Source: Parabacteroides sp. FAFU027 (GTDB lineage: Bacteria; Bacteroidota; Bacteroidia; Bacteroidales; UBA7332). Taken from it: a stretch of DNA of 64,000 nucleotides. The notes under the pieces were generated by a model. That model did no database searches. It was not told the DNA's origin and was given only the letters and a program-made list of their open reading frames with translations. Where the stretch lies: contig NZ_JAKZKV010000005.1 in the NCBI RefSeq assembly GCF_022808675.1, positions 261,953 through 325,952 of the forward strand. Reading direction: 5' to 3'. Of this stretch, positions 18,924-29,668 are shown in pieces; within the stretch, counting starts at the first letter, position 1, and every line of letters begins with the position of its first letter. A program made the translations under genes and the position numbers.

Positions 18924-20705
18924 CTATTCGATAAAGGCAACAATTTCACCTTTCTGTACCATTTCCCCTTGTTTAGGATAAGTAGCAACGATTTTACCAT
19001 CGAAACCTGCTGTTACCGCTTCAGGACCATAGGTTGACTGTACATAACAGATTGGCTCTCCTGCTTTAACCTTATCACCCACATTAGGCTCCTTGCTCAC
19101 ATCAAGGATGTCATATTGCCAGATAATCTGACCACGAACAGGTGCTTGTACCGGTTTTGCATTCGGGAATTTCTCAGTAACTTTCTCGATATCTACTTTT
19201 GGAACTTCGATAACCGGACGGGTAATTACGATAGGCGCACCGGCTTTTGCTTTCGCAGCTTCCAGTTCCTGCTCGAAACGTTTTTTTGCAGTACCATTAC
19301 GGTAGTCGCGATACTGACGGTCGTGCATTGCAAGCTCCAACAGTTCTTCGTCGTCCTGACCAAAATCCCAGCCGTTTTCTTTCATTTCGGCTTTGTATTT
19401 ATCCAGCTCGTTAGGGAATGCATCCTGAGGATTGCCTTCATAGAATTCGAGCCCCTGTTCTTTTACCATTTTCAGGATTTCAGGAGCAAGTTCACCCGGA
19501 AGTTTACCTGTTTTACCCAAAATCATATCCCATGCGTTTTTGTCGATAGTTGACCAGCGTGGTTCTCCTTTGAGCATGTGCATTACGTTCATCAATGCAA
19601 TGTTTTTCACATACTGGCTGAATGGAGTTACCAACGGAGGATATCCAAGGCGAGGCCAAATATATTCAACCTCCTGGAACAACAGAACTACGAGTTCGTT
19701 CAATGTAACCTCTTTCTTGTTTTGAGCACGAAGAGACATATTAATTGCACTGTGCATACCTCTCAGGTCAGCCATCATAGAGCCCATCATACCACCAGGC
19801 AGACCACAGCCAACAAGTAGCGAAGTCATGTGTTTGTTACCCGGATCGATGAAGTAACCGAGGAAGTCATCCATAAATGACTGAGTCAAAGAACGAGCTT
19901 CCATATAAGCTTCCATGTTGATATCAGGCACTTTGAAGCCGTCAGCTTTCAACATAGCCTGAATAGTGATCACGTCAGGGTGAACCATACCCCATGACAG
20001 CGGCTCCATAGCCACGTCAAGGTAGTCTGCTCCCGCACGTGCAACTTCAAGCATTGAAGCTACCGAGAAACCCGGGCCAGTGTGACCGTGATATTGAACA
20101 ACAATGTGAGGATATTTCTTTTTGATAGAAGCAGTCAATTGAGCGAGGAAAGTAGGACGACCAATACCGGCCATGTCTTTCAGACAGATTTCGTCACATC
20201 CAAACTTAACGGCATTGTCTACCACTCCCATATAATATTCCACAGTGTGAACCGGAGAGTTTGTAATACAAAGCGCAACCTGAGAAATCATTCCTGCCTC
20301 TTTGGCGTATTTCACAGAAAGTTCGTGGTTACGGCTGTCATTCAACCCACAGAAAGAACGTGCAATGTTAGTACCCTGTGCTTGTTTAACTTTGAAGAAA
20401 AGTTGACGAACATCAGCAGGAACAGGATACATACGGATTGCATTCAATCCACGCTCCAGCATGTGTGTCTGGATACCTACCTTATTAAAAGGAGCAGTCC
20501 AATCACGAACAGCTTTGTTCGGATTCTCACCATAGAGCAAGTTAACCTGCTCGAAAGCGCCACCATTGGTTTCAACGCGGGCAAAACATCCCATATCAAT
20601 GATGACCGGTGCGATTTTTGTGAGCTGATCTACACGGGGAACATATTTTCCCGATGATTGCCACATATCGCGATAGACTAAACTAAATTTTATTTCGCGA
20701 GACAT
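18924..20705 (-). CDS. Oxaloacetate decarboxylase alpha / pyruvate-carboxylase-B-like carboxyltransferase, with a C-terminal biotinyl-like domain that lacks the canonical AMKM lysine
   Basis: N-terminal PYC_OADA/HMGL-like TIM barrel (MRDAHQS-like region VETNGGA, HGHTGPG...). C-terminal hybrid-barrel GEPICYVQSTYGPEAVTAGFDGKIV, where QSTYG replaces EAMKM. Confidence 0.75.
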   Translation of the reverse strand: MSREIKFSLVYRDMWQSSGKYVPRVDQLTKIAPVIIDMGCFARVETNGGAFEQVNLLYGENPNKAVRDWTAPFNKVGIQTHMLERGLNAIRMYPVPADVRQLFFKVKQAQGTNIARSFCGLNDSRNHELSVKYAKEAGMISQVALCITNSPVHTVEYYMGVVDNAVKFGCDEICLKDMAGIGRPTFLAQLTASIKKKYPHIVVQYHGHTGPGFSVASMLEVARAGADYLDVAMEPLSWGMVHPDVITIQAMLKADGFKVPDINMEAYMEARSLTQSFMDDFLGYFIDPGNKHMTSLLVGCGLPGGMMGSMMADLRGMHSAINMSLRAQNKKEVTLNELVVLLFQEVEYIWPRLGYPPLVTPFSQYVKNIALMNVMHMLKGEPRWSTIDKNAWDMILGKTGKLPGELAPEILKMVKEQGLEFYEGNPQDAFPNELDKYKAEMKENGWDFGQDDEELLELAMHDRQYRDYRNGTAKKRFEQELEAAKAKAGAPIVITRPVIEVPKVDIEKVTEKFPNAKPVQAPVRGQIIWQYDILDVSKEPNVGDKVKAGEPICYVQSTYGPEAVTAGFDGKIVATYPKQGEMVQKGEIVAFIE

Positions 20706-21230
20706 AAGTTAGAGTGTTGTTGATTTCAAAGGCAAAAGTAGAAAAAATCCATTCAAATAAAGGCCTATATAACTGCTTATTTTTCAATATTTTTTCGAAG
20801 CAAACATCTATTGCACACATCGTTTTTGAGTGCGCAATGATTATGGATATTATTTGTATATTATAAGAAACAAGAGGATATTCATGCACCATCAATACTC
20901 GTCAGCAAAAATATATCCCAGGTAATCAATTAGCCAAATCTTCTCAAGTGCACACAACCTTATATAATTATCAAATCTCAATTTGATTTTCAACATTTAT
21001 CATGAACGCTAAATCAGAGGGGACAAAATTCGAATATAAAACCATCCTAAGGTGCGATTGACAATATGAATATGGAAATACCGAAATAGCAGATAACAAA
21101 GAGGTAGAAAGATAACCTGAAACAGAATTTCAAACAAGCTAAATTGTAATCATTACATTTTTCACCTAATATTTCTTAGCCCAAACAGGAAATGCGTACA
21201 TTTACACAATCTTGAATCAATCTAAATACA

Positions 21231-22268
21231 TTGCAAATGATCTTACATAACAAATACAGCAAAGAGGAACTCCTGAAGAGACTGGAATCAGAGACTTTCA
21301 AGCGTAAAACACTTTCATTTTACCGCTATGTCACTATTGACAAACCCTGGGATTTTAGGAACAAACTCTATCAGGAACTGACAGAACTGGAGTGTAACGG
21401 ACGAATTTATGTAGCTCGTGAAGGTATAAACGCACAGATGAATGTCCCAGAACACAACAAAACAAAACTACAAGCTCTACTGAACAGTTATAACGAACTG
21501 CAGGACATGCCCATCAAATGGGCGCTGGAGGAAAAGAAACACTCTTTTCACAAGATGATTATCAAGGTACGAAAAAAGATCGTGGCTGACGGATTGAATG
21601 ATGCTGACTTTGATCCGTCAAATGTCGGTCGCCACCTATCGCCGATGGAGTTTCACCGCCTGTCAAAAGATGAAAATACAATAGTTGTAGATATGCGCAA
21701 CCACTACGAGAGTGCAATCGGGCGCTTTAAAAATGCGTGGTGCCCCGATGTGGATACTTTCAGGGAAGAAATTGAACTGGTTGTAAATGAGCTGAGCGAC
21801 AAGAAAGAGCATAAGATTCTTCTGTACTGCACCGGTGGCGTGCGATGCGAAAAAGCCAGTGCATACATGCGTCACAAAGGCTTTCAAGATGTTAATCAAC
21901 TGCATGGTGGCATCATCGCATATGCTGACGAGATGTGTCGTTTGGGAATCGAATCGAACTTTATCGGTAAAAATTTCGTCTTTGACGAACGGCTGGGTGA
22001 AGCGGTCACCGAAGATATACTGGGCCATTGCCATCAATGTGGTACTCCCTGTGATAGCTATACCAACTGCGCCAACGACGATTGTCACTTGCTTTTTATT
22101 CAATGTGAAGCGTGCGCAACCCGACATGCCGGTTGCTGTTCTGATGAATGCAAGTCTGTACTTTCTCTGTCTGAACCCGAACGCTTCGTATATCGCAATA
22201 AATTGAGGGAGAAATATGCGGAAAGTCAGATCTTCAGAAGCCGGCTTCGTCCTAAGCTCTATACCTGA
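21231..22268 (+). CDS. trhO: Rhodanese-domain tRNA uridine(34) hydroxylase, TrhO/YceA (UPF0176) family
   Basis: Rhodanese active-site region LLYCTGGVRCEKASAYM. Cys-rich C-terminal extension CHQCGTPC...C. Confidence 0.8.
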   Translation: MQMILHNKYSKEELLKRLESETFKRKTLSFYRYVTIDKPWDFRNKLYQELTELECNGRIYVAREGINAQMNVPEHNKTKLQALLNSYNELQDMPIKWALEEKKHSFHKMIIKVRKKIVADGLNDADFDPSNVGRHLSPMEFHRLSKDENTIVVDMRNHYESAIGRFKNAWCPDVDTFREEIELVVNELSDKKEHKILLYCTGGVRCEKASAYMRHKGFQDVNQLHGGIIAYADEMCRLGIESNFIGKNFVFDERLGEAVTEDILGHCHQCGTPCDSYTNCANDDCHLLFIQCEACATRHAGCCSDECKSVLSLSEPERFVYRNKLREKYAESQIFRSRLRPKLYT

Positions 22269-22644
22269 ACAGACTTATCAGGGAATCAGACACAATAAAC
22301 TGTGACAATATCGGATAAAAGGAGTCAAACAAACACATCATTAAAATCAACGGTAAGTTCTTCGGAATTTACCTTTTTTTGTGCTAATGGCCAAAACAAG
22401 CTGAATAACATACACACTTAACATATTCACGATTATTAAAATAACAAATCGCTGAATCAGGCTCAATGTCTCAAATATTTGCAAAATAATCACGGGAAAA
22501 GAGTTGGATATTTAAAAGATTATTACAACTTTTGCATGTAAGAGTTTTCACTCAATCGAACCTGATTCCGGTTTTCTCCGGAATAAGAAGAATTGCGAAA
22601 AAACATATTTCGACCTTTTTATCTAATCTATAAATTCTTCAAAC

Positions 22645-25062
22645 ATGAAAAGAGTATTGTCGTCAATTGCACTGCTTGCTACACCGCTTTTAGCGATGGC
22701 CAGCGAAGCGGATCTGAAAGTACCCGAACTTACAGCTTCGCAGAATTCTCTTCTATCCATTGGATTTGTCGTTTGTTTTTTAGGACTGATTTTCGGACTG
22801 TATCAGTTCCTGAAAGTAAAAAATCAGAAAGCGCACCAGTCAATGCTGGATGTTTCACACGTTATTTTTGAAACGTGTAAGACTTACTTGCTGCAACAGG
22901 GTAAGTTTCTGATTATCCTCTTCCTCTTTATTGCAGCCTGCGTCGCCTTCTATTTCGGTGGATTGCAAGGCTCTGGCGTGGGTAACGTGCTATTGATTCT
23001 CAGCTGGACGGTTATCGGGATCCTTGGATCATATGGAGTGGCCTGGTTTGGTATCCGGATGAATACGCTGGCAAACAGTCGTATGGCCTTTGCATCACTC
23101 GAACGTAAACCGTTGAAACTGCTTCACATTCCATTGAATGCAGGTATGAGTATCGGTGTTGCGCTGATTTGCGTGGAGTTGATTATGATGTTAATCATTC
23201 TTCTTTTCGTCCCACGCGAAGTGGCAGGTTCTTGTTTTATCGGTTTTGCCATTGGGGAATCCCTGGGAGCTTCTGCTCTTCGTATTGCGGGAGGTATCTT
23301 TACCAAAATTGCAGATATCGGTTCCGACCTTATGAAAGTGGTCTTCAAAATCGGAGAAGACGACCCCAGAAATCCCGGTGTAATTGCCGATTGCACCGGT
23401 GATAATGCAGGAGATAGCGTTGGCCCGACTGCGGACGGTTTCGAGACTTATGGAGTAACAGGTGTGGCACTGATTTCATTTATCTGCTTAGGCGTTTTTC
23501 CCGAATATCAGGCAGAGATGATAACCTGGATTTTTGCCATGCGTATCCTGATGATCATTACATCCATTGTATCTTTCTGGATCAATAATGGAATCAGCAA
23601 AGCCAGATATAGTAATACCGACGATCTGGACTTCGAGCAACCACTGACCAATCTGGTTTGGGTAACCTCTATCCTATCCATCGTCATGACATTTGCTGCC
23701 AGCTACATGCTTATCGGACCCGATTCTACCATTGGAGCAAAAGACTGTAACCTCTGGATAATACTTTCTGGTATCATCAGTTGCGGAACATTAGGTGGAG
23801 CATTGATTCCTGAGTTCACAAAGATCTTTACCAGCACCAAATCAGGTCATGTGGAAGAGGTGGTAAATTCAGGCCGAGAAGGTGGTGCATCGCTGACTAT
23901 CCTTTCAGGATTTGTAGCTGGTAACTTTAGTGCTTTCTGGCAAGGTCTGGTCTTCTTTGCATTAATGTTGACCGCCTACCTGTTTAGCACAGTTGGATTG
24001 AGCGGATTTATGGTTTATTCATCCATCTTTGCATTTGGATTAGTGGCATTTGGTCTTTTAGGAATGGGACCGGTAACTATCGCTGTGGACAGTTATGGCC
24101 CGGTAACCGACAACGCTCAATCAGTTTACGAACTATCTTTGATAGAAGACGTACCAAACGTTGCTGCTGAAATCGAAAAAGAGTTCGGATTCAAACCTGA
24201 TTTTGAAAAAGCTAAACACTACCTCGAAGCAAATGACGGAGCAGGAAATACCTTTAAAGCAACAGCTAAACCGGTGTTGATCGGAACGGCTGTTGTTGGA
24301 GCCACTACCATGATCTTCTCCCTGATCCTCGTTATACAGAAAGTACTCGGAGTAACCCCCGAAACTATTCTTAATGTTCTGAACCCCTGGACTATTTTAG
24401 GCTTCCTCTGCGGAGGTTCTGTTATTTACTGGTTTACCGGTGCATCTACTCAGGCAGTAACTGTCGGTGCATACCGTGCTGTGGAATATATTCGCCAGAA
24501 TATCAATCTTGACCCGAATGCCGAGAAAAAAGCTTCTGCAGAAAAGTCAAAAGAGGTGGTAAAAATCTGTACACAATACGCACAAAAAGGGATGTTCAAT
24601 ATCTTTATTGCAGTCTTTTCATTTGCACTGGCATTTGCCTTCATTTCCGGTCGTGAAGTAGAGGGAGCTGAGCCTCAGGTGGCTTTTGCGGCTGCATCCT
24701 TCTTCATTAGCTACCTCATTTCTATTGCCGTATTTGGTCTTTTCCAAGCTATTTTTATGGCAAATGCCGGTGGATGTTGGGACAATGCAAAGAAAGTGGT
24801 AGAAGTGGATCTCAAGCAGAAAGGAACTCCTCTACACGACGCTACCGTTGTGGGTGATACAGTTGGCGACCCCTTTAAAGACACCTCATCGGTGGCAATG
24901 AACCCGATTATCAAGTTTACCACGTTGTTTGGTTTATTGGCGATGGAGATTGCCATTTCTCCAAACTTCCGTCCAATAGCGCCCTATGTGGGAATTGTAT
25001 TCCTGTTAATAGCCCTGATATTTGTATGGAGATCATTCTATCGGATGAGAATTGAGAAATAA
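22645..25062 (+). CDS. hppA: Membrane-bound proton/sodium-translocating pyrophosphatase
   Basis: 805 aa polytopic membrane protein. Signature motifs GDNAGDSVGPTADGFETY, DNAKK and GDTVGDPFKDTSSVAMNPIIKF. Confidence 0.9.
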   Translation: MKRVLSSIALLATPLLAMASEADLKVPELTASQNSLLSIGFVVCFLGLIFGLYQFLKVKNQKAHQSMLDVSHVIFETCKTYLLQQGKFLIILFLFIAACVAFYFGGLQGSGVGNVLLILSWTVIGILGSYGVAWFGIRMNTLANSRMAFASLERKPLKLLHIPLNAGMSIGVALICVELIMMLIILLFVPREVAGSCFIGFAIGESLGASALRIAGGIFTKIADIGSDLMKVVFKIGEDDPRNPGVIADCTGDNAGDSVGPTADGFETYGVTGVALISFICLGVFPEYQAEMITWIFAMRILMIITSIVSFWINNGISKARYSNTDDLDFEQPLTNLVWVTSILSIVMTFAASYMLIGPDSTIGAKDCNLWIILSGIISCGTLGGALIPEFTKIFTSTKSGHVEEVVNSGREGGASLTILSGFVAGNFSAFWQGLVFFALMLTAYLFSTVGLSGFMVYSSIFAFGLVAFGLLGMGPVTIAVDSYGPVTDNAQSVYELSLIEDVPNVAAEIEKEFGFKPDFEKAKHYLEANDGAGNTFKATAKPVLIGTAVVGATTMIFSLILVIQKVLGVTPETILNVLNPWTILGFLCGGSVIYWFTGASTQAVTVGAYRAVEYIRQNINLDPNAEKKASAEKSKEVVKICTQYAQKGMFNIFIAVFSFALAFAFISGREVEGAEPQVAFAAASFFISYLISIAVFGLFQAIFMANAGGCWDNAKKVVEVDLKQKGTPLHDATVVGDTVGDPFKDTSSVAMNPIIKFTTLFGLLAMEIAISPNFRPIAPYVGIVFLLIALIFVWRSFYRMRIEK

Positions 25063-25081
25063 ATTGAAATTGGAAGTTTTG

Positions 25082-25119
25082 AATAAGAGTCTCATTTCGT
25101 ATGAGGCTCTTATTTTTTT
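25082..25119 (+). terminator. Rho-independent terminator after hppA
   Basis: aataagagtctcat...atgaggctcttatt stem followed by a T7 run. Confidence 0.65.
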
Positions 25120-25288
25120 ATAACATGGACAGAACGTTTTACGCCCGCCACGAACGTAATATTTCCCTAAAAGAAGCTACGATCTATCATTTTCAAAGAA
25201 ATGAACACCTCTTTTTTGTTGTATATTGAAATGGATCTATCCATTTATCCCGATATTTACCCTATTATTCACTCAAAAATCAAAAGCA

Positions 25289-25582
25289 ATGTCAGTAATC
25301 ATGGAATTTGCGATCTTCCCGACCGATAAGGGAGCGCATGTCAGCCAATATGTCAAAAAAGTAGTCGATATGATTGATGCTCTGCCTTATAAAAGCGAGC
25401 TAACCCCGATGGGAACCATTGTAGAATGTGACACAATGGATGAATGCCTGCATATTATCTCAAAAGCCAATACCATTCTGGAAGAGGACGCCGAACGCAT
25501 TTATTGTACGGCTAAGTTTGACAACAAACCAGGCAAAAGCAATCAGATGAAGCATAAGATTGAAGCCGTAAGGGGGAAATAA
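25289..25582 (+). CDS. MTH1187/YkoF-family small protein (DUF77, thiamine/ligand-binding-like)
   Basis: ~98 aa. EFAIFPTDKGAHVSQYVKKVVDMI...TPMGTIVE matches the conserved N-terminal half of MTH1187-family proteins. The internal Met at 25289 is chosen as start. Confidence 0.65.
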   Translation: MSVIMEFAIFPTDKGAHVSQYVKKVVDMIDALPYKSELTPMGTIVECDTMDECLHIISKANTILEEDAERIYCTAKFDNKPGKSNQMKHKIEAVRGK

Positions 25583-25848
25583 AGATGGAGCAAATATCTA
25601 AATCCGGACTATCTACTGAAATAATGCAGGAATTCAATGCGGTAACAAGACTGGTCATGCCAAAAGCTCCGATATCCCTTCTCTGCATATCGGAGGGGCA
25701 AACCATCATTATCTCCGGAATATCGGAAGCGGATTCAGCTTTTATATCGCAAATTGGAACACAAAGCTTACCTTAACGCTTCTTCCAATCGTTTCCACCA
25801 ACTCCGGCAGAAACCGAAAACGCAATCATAGAGGTTGAAGAAGAAGTT

Positions 25849-26130
25849 ATGCCTATGCGAAAAGGATTACCCATCCATTCTGAATTATATACCAGAAATT
25901 CAATAATCCGGGATATGGCAAAACTCACTGTTTCAGATATTACAGAAGATAAGGTTGTTATTTTGCGGGAAAACATCGAACATTTATTCAACCGGTTATC
26001 GGCCATTATTACAGGTCGTCCTGCAAGTCAGGATATTCTACCGGCAAATAACGAATTTGTATCTGCCCTGTTGATTCTACGGGAAGTAATGCATCATCTG
26101 AGTTTTGAAAAAATAACTATTCTGAAGTAG
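25849..26130 (+). CDS. Hypothetical protein, 93 aa
   Basis: ORF only. No recognisable family. Followed by a terminator. Confidence 0.3.
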   Translation: MPMRKGLPIHSELYTRNSIIRDMAKLTVSDITEDKVVILRENIEHLFNRLSAIITGRPASQDILPANNEFVSALLILREVMHHLSFEKITILK

Positions 26131-26207
26131 AAGCCAGTTGTGCAAGAAGAACCATCAATGGAAAAACTGAAACCTATCCAGAACCATTGAGCTTTAAAAC
26201 CGATAAA

Positions 26208-26250
26208 AGAAATGCCCCTGTCAACCAATGGCAACAGGGGCATTTCTTCG
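26208..26250. terminator. Bidirectional terminator
   Basis: gaaatgcccctg...caggggcatttc 12-bp stem. Confidence 0.7.
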
Positions 26251-26290
26251 TTCAATAACAACCGGGGATATCAGCCTGCGGTATTGAAAA

Positions 26291-26887
26291 TCAGTTTTTA
26301 TTAAAGACTAGTGTCACGCTCGGCATAGGATTTAATCCCAGTGCGGTCAAGTCAACAGAAGCAATTTTTGACTCAACTTTAGAAATTGCAGGAACTGCAC
26401 TTTTCACCAAAGCCATCAAATCCGCATTATTTGCATTTGCTGTAGTATCAACCGCACTGATTAACGCTGAAATATCCGACACTGACATCCTAACGGTCAT
26501 CTGAGTAGAGCTTATTGCAGCTACATCCAGTTTAATTGACCGATTAGCCAATGTTGGTAAAGTCAGGGTTACCGCACCGGTGGATACACTGTAAGTATCA
26601 TTGAAGGTCAATCCCAAATAGGGCAATTTAAGTATCCCTGTTTTGTCTGACGTATAACTAATAGTACATCCCTGAAAAACGGGCAAAATCGTTTTACCAA
26701 TAGAATCAGTATTAACCTGATAATACTTCATTAATATTCCTCCATCGTAGGTACACTGATTAGAATCTGTCTTCCAGTTTCCAACAATATTCTCATTAAT
26801 TGTTGCTTCATCTTGCTTACAACTGGTAAATACTGGCACTAAGACAACTGCCAATAAAAACATCAAAAAACGAACTCTCTGTTTCAT
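26291..26887 (-). CDS. Hypothetical lipoprotein
   Basis: Signal/lipobox MKQRVRFLMFLLAVVLVPVFTSC. No recognisable domain. Confidence 0.5.
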   Translation of the reverse strand: MKQRVRFLMFLLAVVLVPVFTSCKQDEATINENIVGNWKTDSNQCTYDGGILMKYYQVNTDSIGKTILPVFQGCTISYTSDKTGILKLPYLGLTFNDTYSVSTGAVTLTLPTLANRSIKLDVAAISSTQMTVRMSVSDISALISAVDTTANANNADLMALVKSAVPAISKVESKIASVDLTALGLNPMPSVTLVFNKN

Positions 26888-26995
26888 ATCATCTCTAAGA
26901 TTAAATTTTAACAGCGGCAAAGGTAGAGATTCTGGCAGAAATAACTTCCCGAAAGCAATTCTTTTTGGAGAATAAATCAAGAAATACGATGTGAT

Positions 26996-27556
26996 TTATT
27001 CCTGAGAACGTAAGCTCTTCCACATCGGATTTCGTTTTGCAATTTCAGCAGATACCGGACAATCGTCATCATGAGCGCCGGGCAGATAGCCGATACTCAT
27101 CAGAAACTCATTGACAATCTCTCCGCCGGTAAAGCGGAATGTTTTCTTAAACAGCTTCGTCCACTCCTCTTTAGTTTTAGGATGATTGTATTCCAGCCAT
27201 TTTTCAAATGAGTTGTATTCTTCCTGAAGCCGGAGAATCGTCTTGGCATTCTCAATAGCCGCATTTATTTTGAGACGATTGCGGATGATGCCGGAGTCAG
27301 CCATAAGTCGTTCCCTATCCATTTCTGTGTAAGCAGCTATTTTGCGAATATCATAGTTGTCATACGCTTTGCGGAAGGAGGATTCCTTTTTCAGTATCGT
27401 TTCCCAACTCAGTCCTGCCTGGTTTATTTCAAGCAGAAGTCGGCCAAACAACTCGTTATCATCATGAATGGGAAACCCGTAATGATAATCGTGGTAGTCT
27501 TTGTGGAGAGACTTTCGTCCTTCATCCATCTGATCGAGGTATTTGCAATAGGACAT
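26996..27556 (-). CDS. tag: DNA-3-methyladenine glycosylase I
   Basis: YHDYHYGFP...FGRLLLEINQAGLSWETIL and GEIVNEFLMSIGYLPGAHDDDCP are Tag-family signature blocks (Zn-snap motif). Confidence 0.85.
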   Translation of the reverse strand: MSYCKYLDQMDEGRKSLHKDYHDYHYGFPIHDDNELFGRLLLEINQAGLSWETILKKESSFRKAYDNYDIRKIAAYTEMDRERLMADSGIIRNRLKINAAIENAKTILRLQEEYNSFEKWLEYNHPKTKEEWTKLFKKTFRFTGGEIVNEFLMSIGYLPGAHDDDCPVSAEIAKRNPMWKSLRSQE

Positions 27557-27610
27557 AGCTATATGTTTGGTAGTTGTAACTCATTAAGTCCGACATCAGG
27601 TGGATTCATA

Positions 27611-28813
27611 TCAAAAAATCCTTTTTGCACCTGTAATTCCCATTTTAAAGCAAATAGAAAGAATGTGAGTCTGCCCTGTCATTTCCCTGTATTCCATTGG
27701 AAAACGATTATCCTGATACACATATCGGATATGTACAGATGAAAATCCATACGAATACTTCTTCTTTGTGCTATTGTATGAGTATGTTTCTGATAAATTC
27801 CACCCTAAATCAACACCGTATAAAGGAGACGCTTTACTGCTTATTTCCACATCTTCGAGATCAGGATTCTTTTTAATATCATTTTCAATAGGTGATGCAG
27901 ACATCCAACCTAATCCCATAAGCGGAGTCAGACTGATCTTTTTAGATGGTTTGAATGTATACCCAAGACTTAACTCGGGAAATACTGTCTCTGCATCACT
28001 TTCTGCAGACCAACGAATTCCTTTATAATAAAGATCTTTATGCGTATCACTAAAAGAGATAAAGGCTCTTGTATTTAACTGCCAGTTGTTGTACCCCCAG
28101 ATAAATCCGAAGCCAAAACCGCCACCTGAACCAATATAATTCCGAGTTTCAGAGGATATAATTGTAGGTCCGGCATAGAATTCGATACCAAACAAAAATC
28201 CTTTGGGTTTGTATTCGTAGCGCATATAATTTCGCACATAAGAAGTCAATTTACTCTCAGGAAATTTATTTATAAAAACAGAAGCATCTGCATTGGTTTT
28301 CATCCTATAAGCATTATCTTGCATAGTTGCTGTATAGTTTTCTATGATCATTTTGATAAAAGCTTTCGAATCTGAAGCCAGCGAATTATTGCTTCCTACT
28401 TCATCCAACAGTTTTTGTTTGTTATCCACAAGCTTATTGTATAGTATCTTCCCCAGCCCGTCTTCTTTGGGCTCGATTTTTGACTTAAACTTTCCAATAC
28501 TTTCATCATTTGTACTGATATATTCGTTGGTCAATGCAGTATAGTCCTTCAATATAAGATTGATTACTCTTTTTTCGAACGGATACAGTGCTACATAATA
28601 TTCACTTTCATAGTCATTGACCAATGTCAGATACAGGGTACGTATAGCAGCAGTATCGTTACTTACCACTTTATCAATCAATAATGTCCGGTAGCGATAA
28701 ATTTGCTCGGTCTTTGATTCAGGACGATTATTTTGCATAGGCAAAGCCTCCGCTGATACCATAGAACAAAAAAATAGATAGCACAAGAGGCTTGCTGTAA
28801 TGTAAAATCTCAT
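27611..28813 (-). CDS. Hypothetical outer-membrane protein: N-terminal soluble domain plus a C-terminal beta-barrel-like region
   Basis: Signal peptide. C-terminal half has alternating hydrophobic/aromatic beta-strand character and a terminal F (…AKRIF). Confidence 0.4.
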   Translation of the reverse strand: MRFYITASLLCYLFFCSMVSAEALPMQNNRPESKTEQIYRYRTLLIDKVVSNDTAAIRTLYLTLVNDYESEYYVALYPFEKRVINLILKDYTALTNEYISTNDESIGKFKSKIEPKEDGLGKILYNKLVDNKQKLLDEVGSNNSLASDSKAFIKMIIENYTATMQDNAYRMKTNADASVFINKFPESKLTSYVRNYMRYEYKPKGFLFGIEFYAGPTIISSETRNYIGSGGGFGFGFIWGYNNWQLNTRAFISFSDTHKDLYYKGIRWSAESDAETVFPELSLGYTFKPSKKISLTPLMGLGWMSASPIENDIKKNPDLEDVEISSKASPLYGVDLGWNLSETYSYNSTKKKYSYGFSSVHIRYVYQDNRFPMEYREMTGQTHILSICFKMGITGAKRIF

Positions 28814-28873
28814 AATAAATATCAGGTTGAAGTAGTTGGTATAAATGATATCACTCTTTCACTTAGAAGAATT

Positions 28874-29665
28874 CTATTTAAAGCTGAATCGTATTGGTAA
28901 TGTAAATTCCATCGAAACCAAACGACCTTCAAATCGTCCAGGTTTCCACAAAGGCATTTCCTTTACCACCCTTACCGCTTCTTTATCCAGTGCCGGATGT
29001 ACCCCTCGGGCAACAGACACATCTGAAATTGATCCGTCTTTATTCACGATAAACTTTATATAAACAATGCCTGTAACTCCATTCTTTTGAGCTAAATCCG
29101 GATACTGTAGTGTTTCTCCAATATACTTATACAAAGCAGGTAGTCCTCCAACAAAAGAAGCTCTCTCCTGATAAGAACAATAGTCGGTCTTGTTTCCATC
29201 TTCATCAAAGCACTCCCCGGAAACCCACTCTCCCTTTTTCCATTTCTCAGCCCGCTTTACTTTCCCATTACGATAGAATACTGTAAAATCCCCATCCAGC
29301 ATATTTTCCTTATAGGTACACTCCACTCTTTTTTCCCCACTTAAATACCATTCTGTATATTTCCCATGACTAATTGGTATCGTTGCAGTTACATTATTTC
29401 CATTATTCTTAAATTTCTGATCATACTCCTCATATTCAATCATTGGAGTATCAGATTGTAAATATCGAATCGTATGGGTATGAACATTCGGATTAAATTC
29501 ATCTTTTATTTCATATCCTTCTGCCTTATCTTTATCACAGGAAATCAGATTTCCGTTTTCATAACGAACGAAGACTGTATCAGACTTCTGTGATTGCGTT
29601 TCGGTCTGAGCAACTCCATTGAAGAGGGACAAAGCAAAAAACAAAGCAAATAGTTTTTGTTTCAT
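28874..29665 (-). CDS. TonB C-terminal-domain protein with N-terminal MORN/YwqK-like repeats
   Basis: C-terminal GVTGIVYIKFIVNKDGSISDVSVARGVHPALDKEAVRVVKEMPLWKPG matches TonB_C. Upstream are repeated YxNGxxxxExxWKxGEW-like units. Confidence 0.6.
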   Translation of the reverse strand: MKQKLFALFFALSLFNGVAQTETQSQKSDTVFVRYENGNLISCDKDKAEGYEIKDEFNPNVHTHTIRYLQSDTPMIEYEEYDQKFKNNGNNVTATIPISHGKYTEWYLSGEKRVECTYKENMLDGDFTVFYRNGKVKRAEKWKKGEWVSGECFDEDGNKTDYCSYQERASFVGGLPALYKYIGETLQYPDLAQKNGVTGIVYIKFIVNKDGSISDVSVARGVHPALDKEAVRVVKEMPLWKPGRFEGRLVSMEFTLPIRFSFK

Positions 29666-29668
29666 AAT

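Noticed and set aside
18743-19000. ORF-track CDS encoding a poly-Phe run (FFFFFFFFF)
   Set aside because: It is simply the antisense translation of the (AAG)n microsatellite plus the 3' end of the carboxyltransferase gene. It is not a real gene.
20706-21230. Possible tRNA or sRNA genes in the long AT-rich intergenic regions (also 22269-22644 and 18525-18820)
   Set aside because: No cloverleaf-compatible segments with GTTCRANYC T-loop signatures were seen. These look like AT-rich divergent promoter regions, and a tRNAscan/Infernal run would be needed to be sure.
25585-25776. 63-aa ORF immediately after the MTH1187-family gene
   Set aside because: It is short, has no motif and overlaps a minus-strand ORF. 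It is kept only as a possibility, not reported as a feature.
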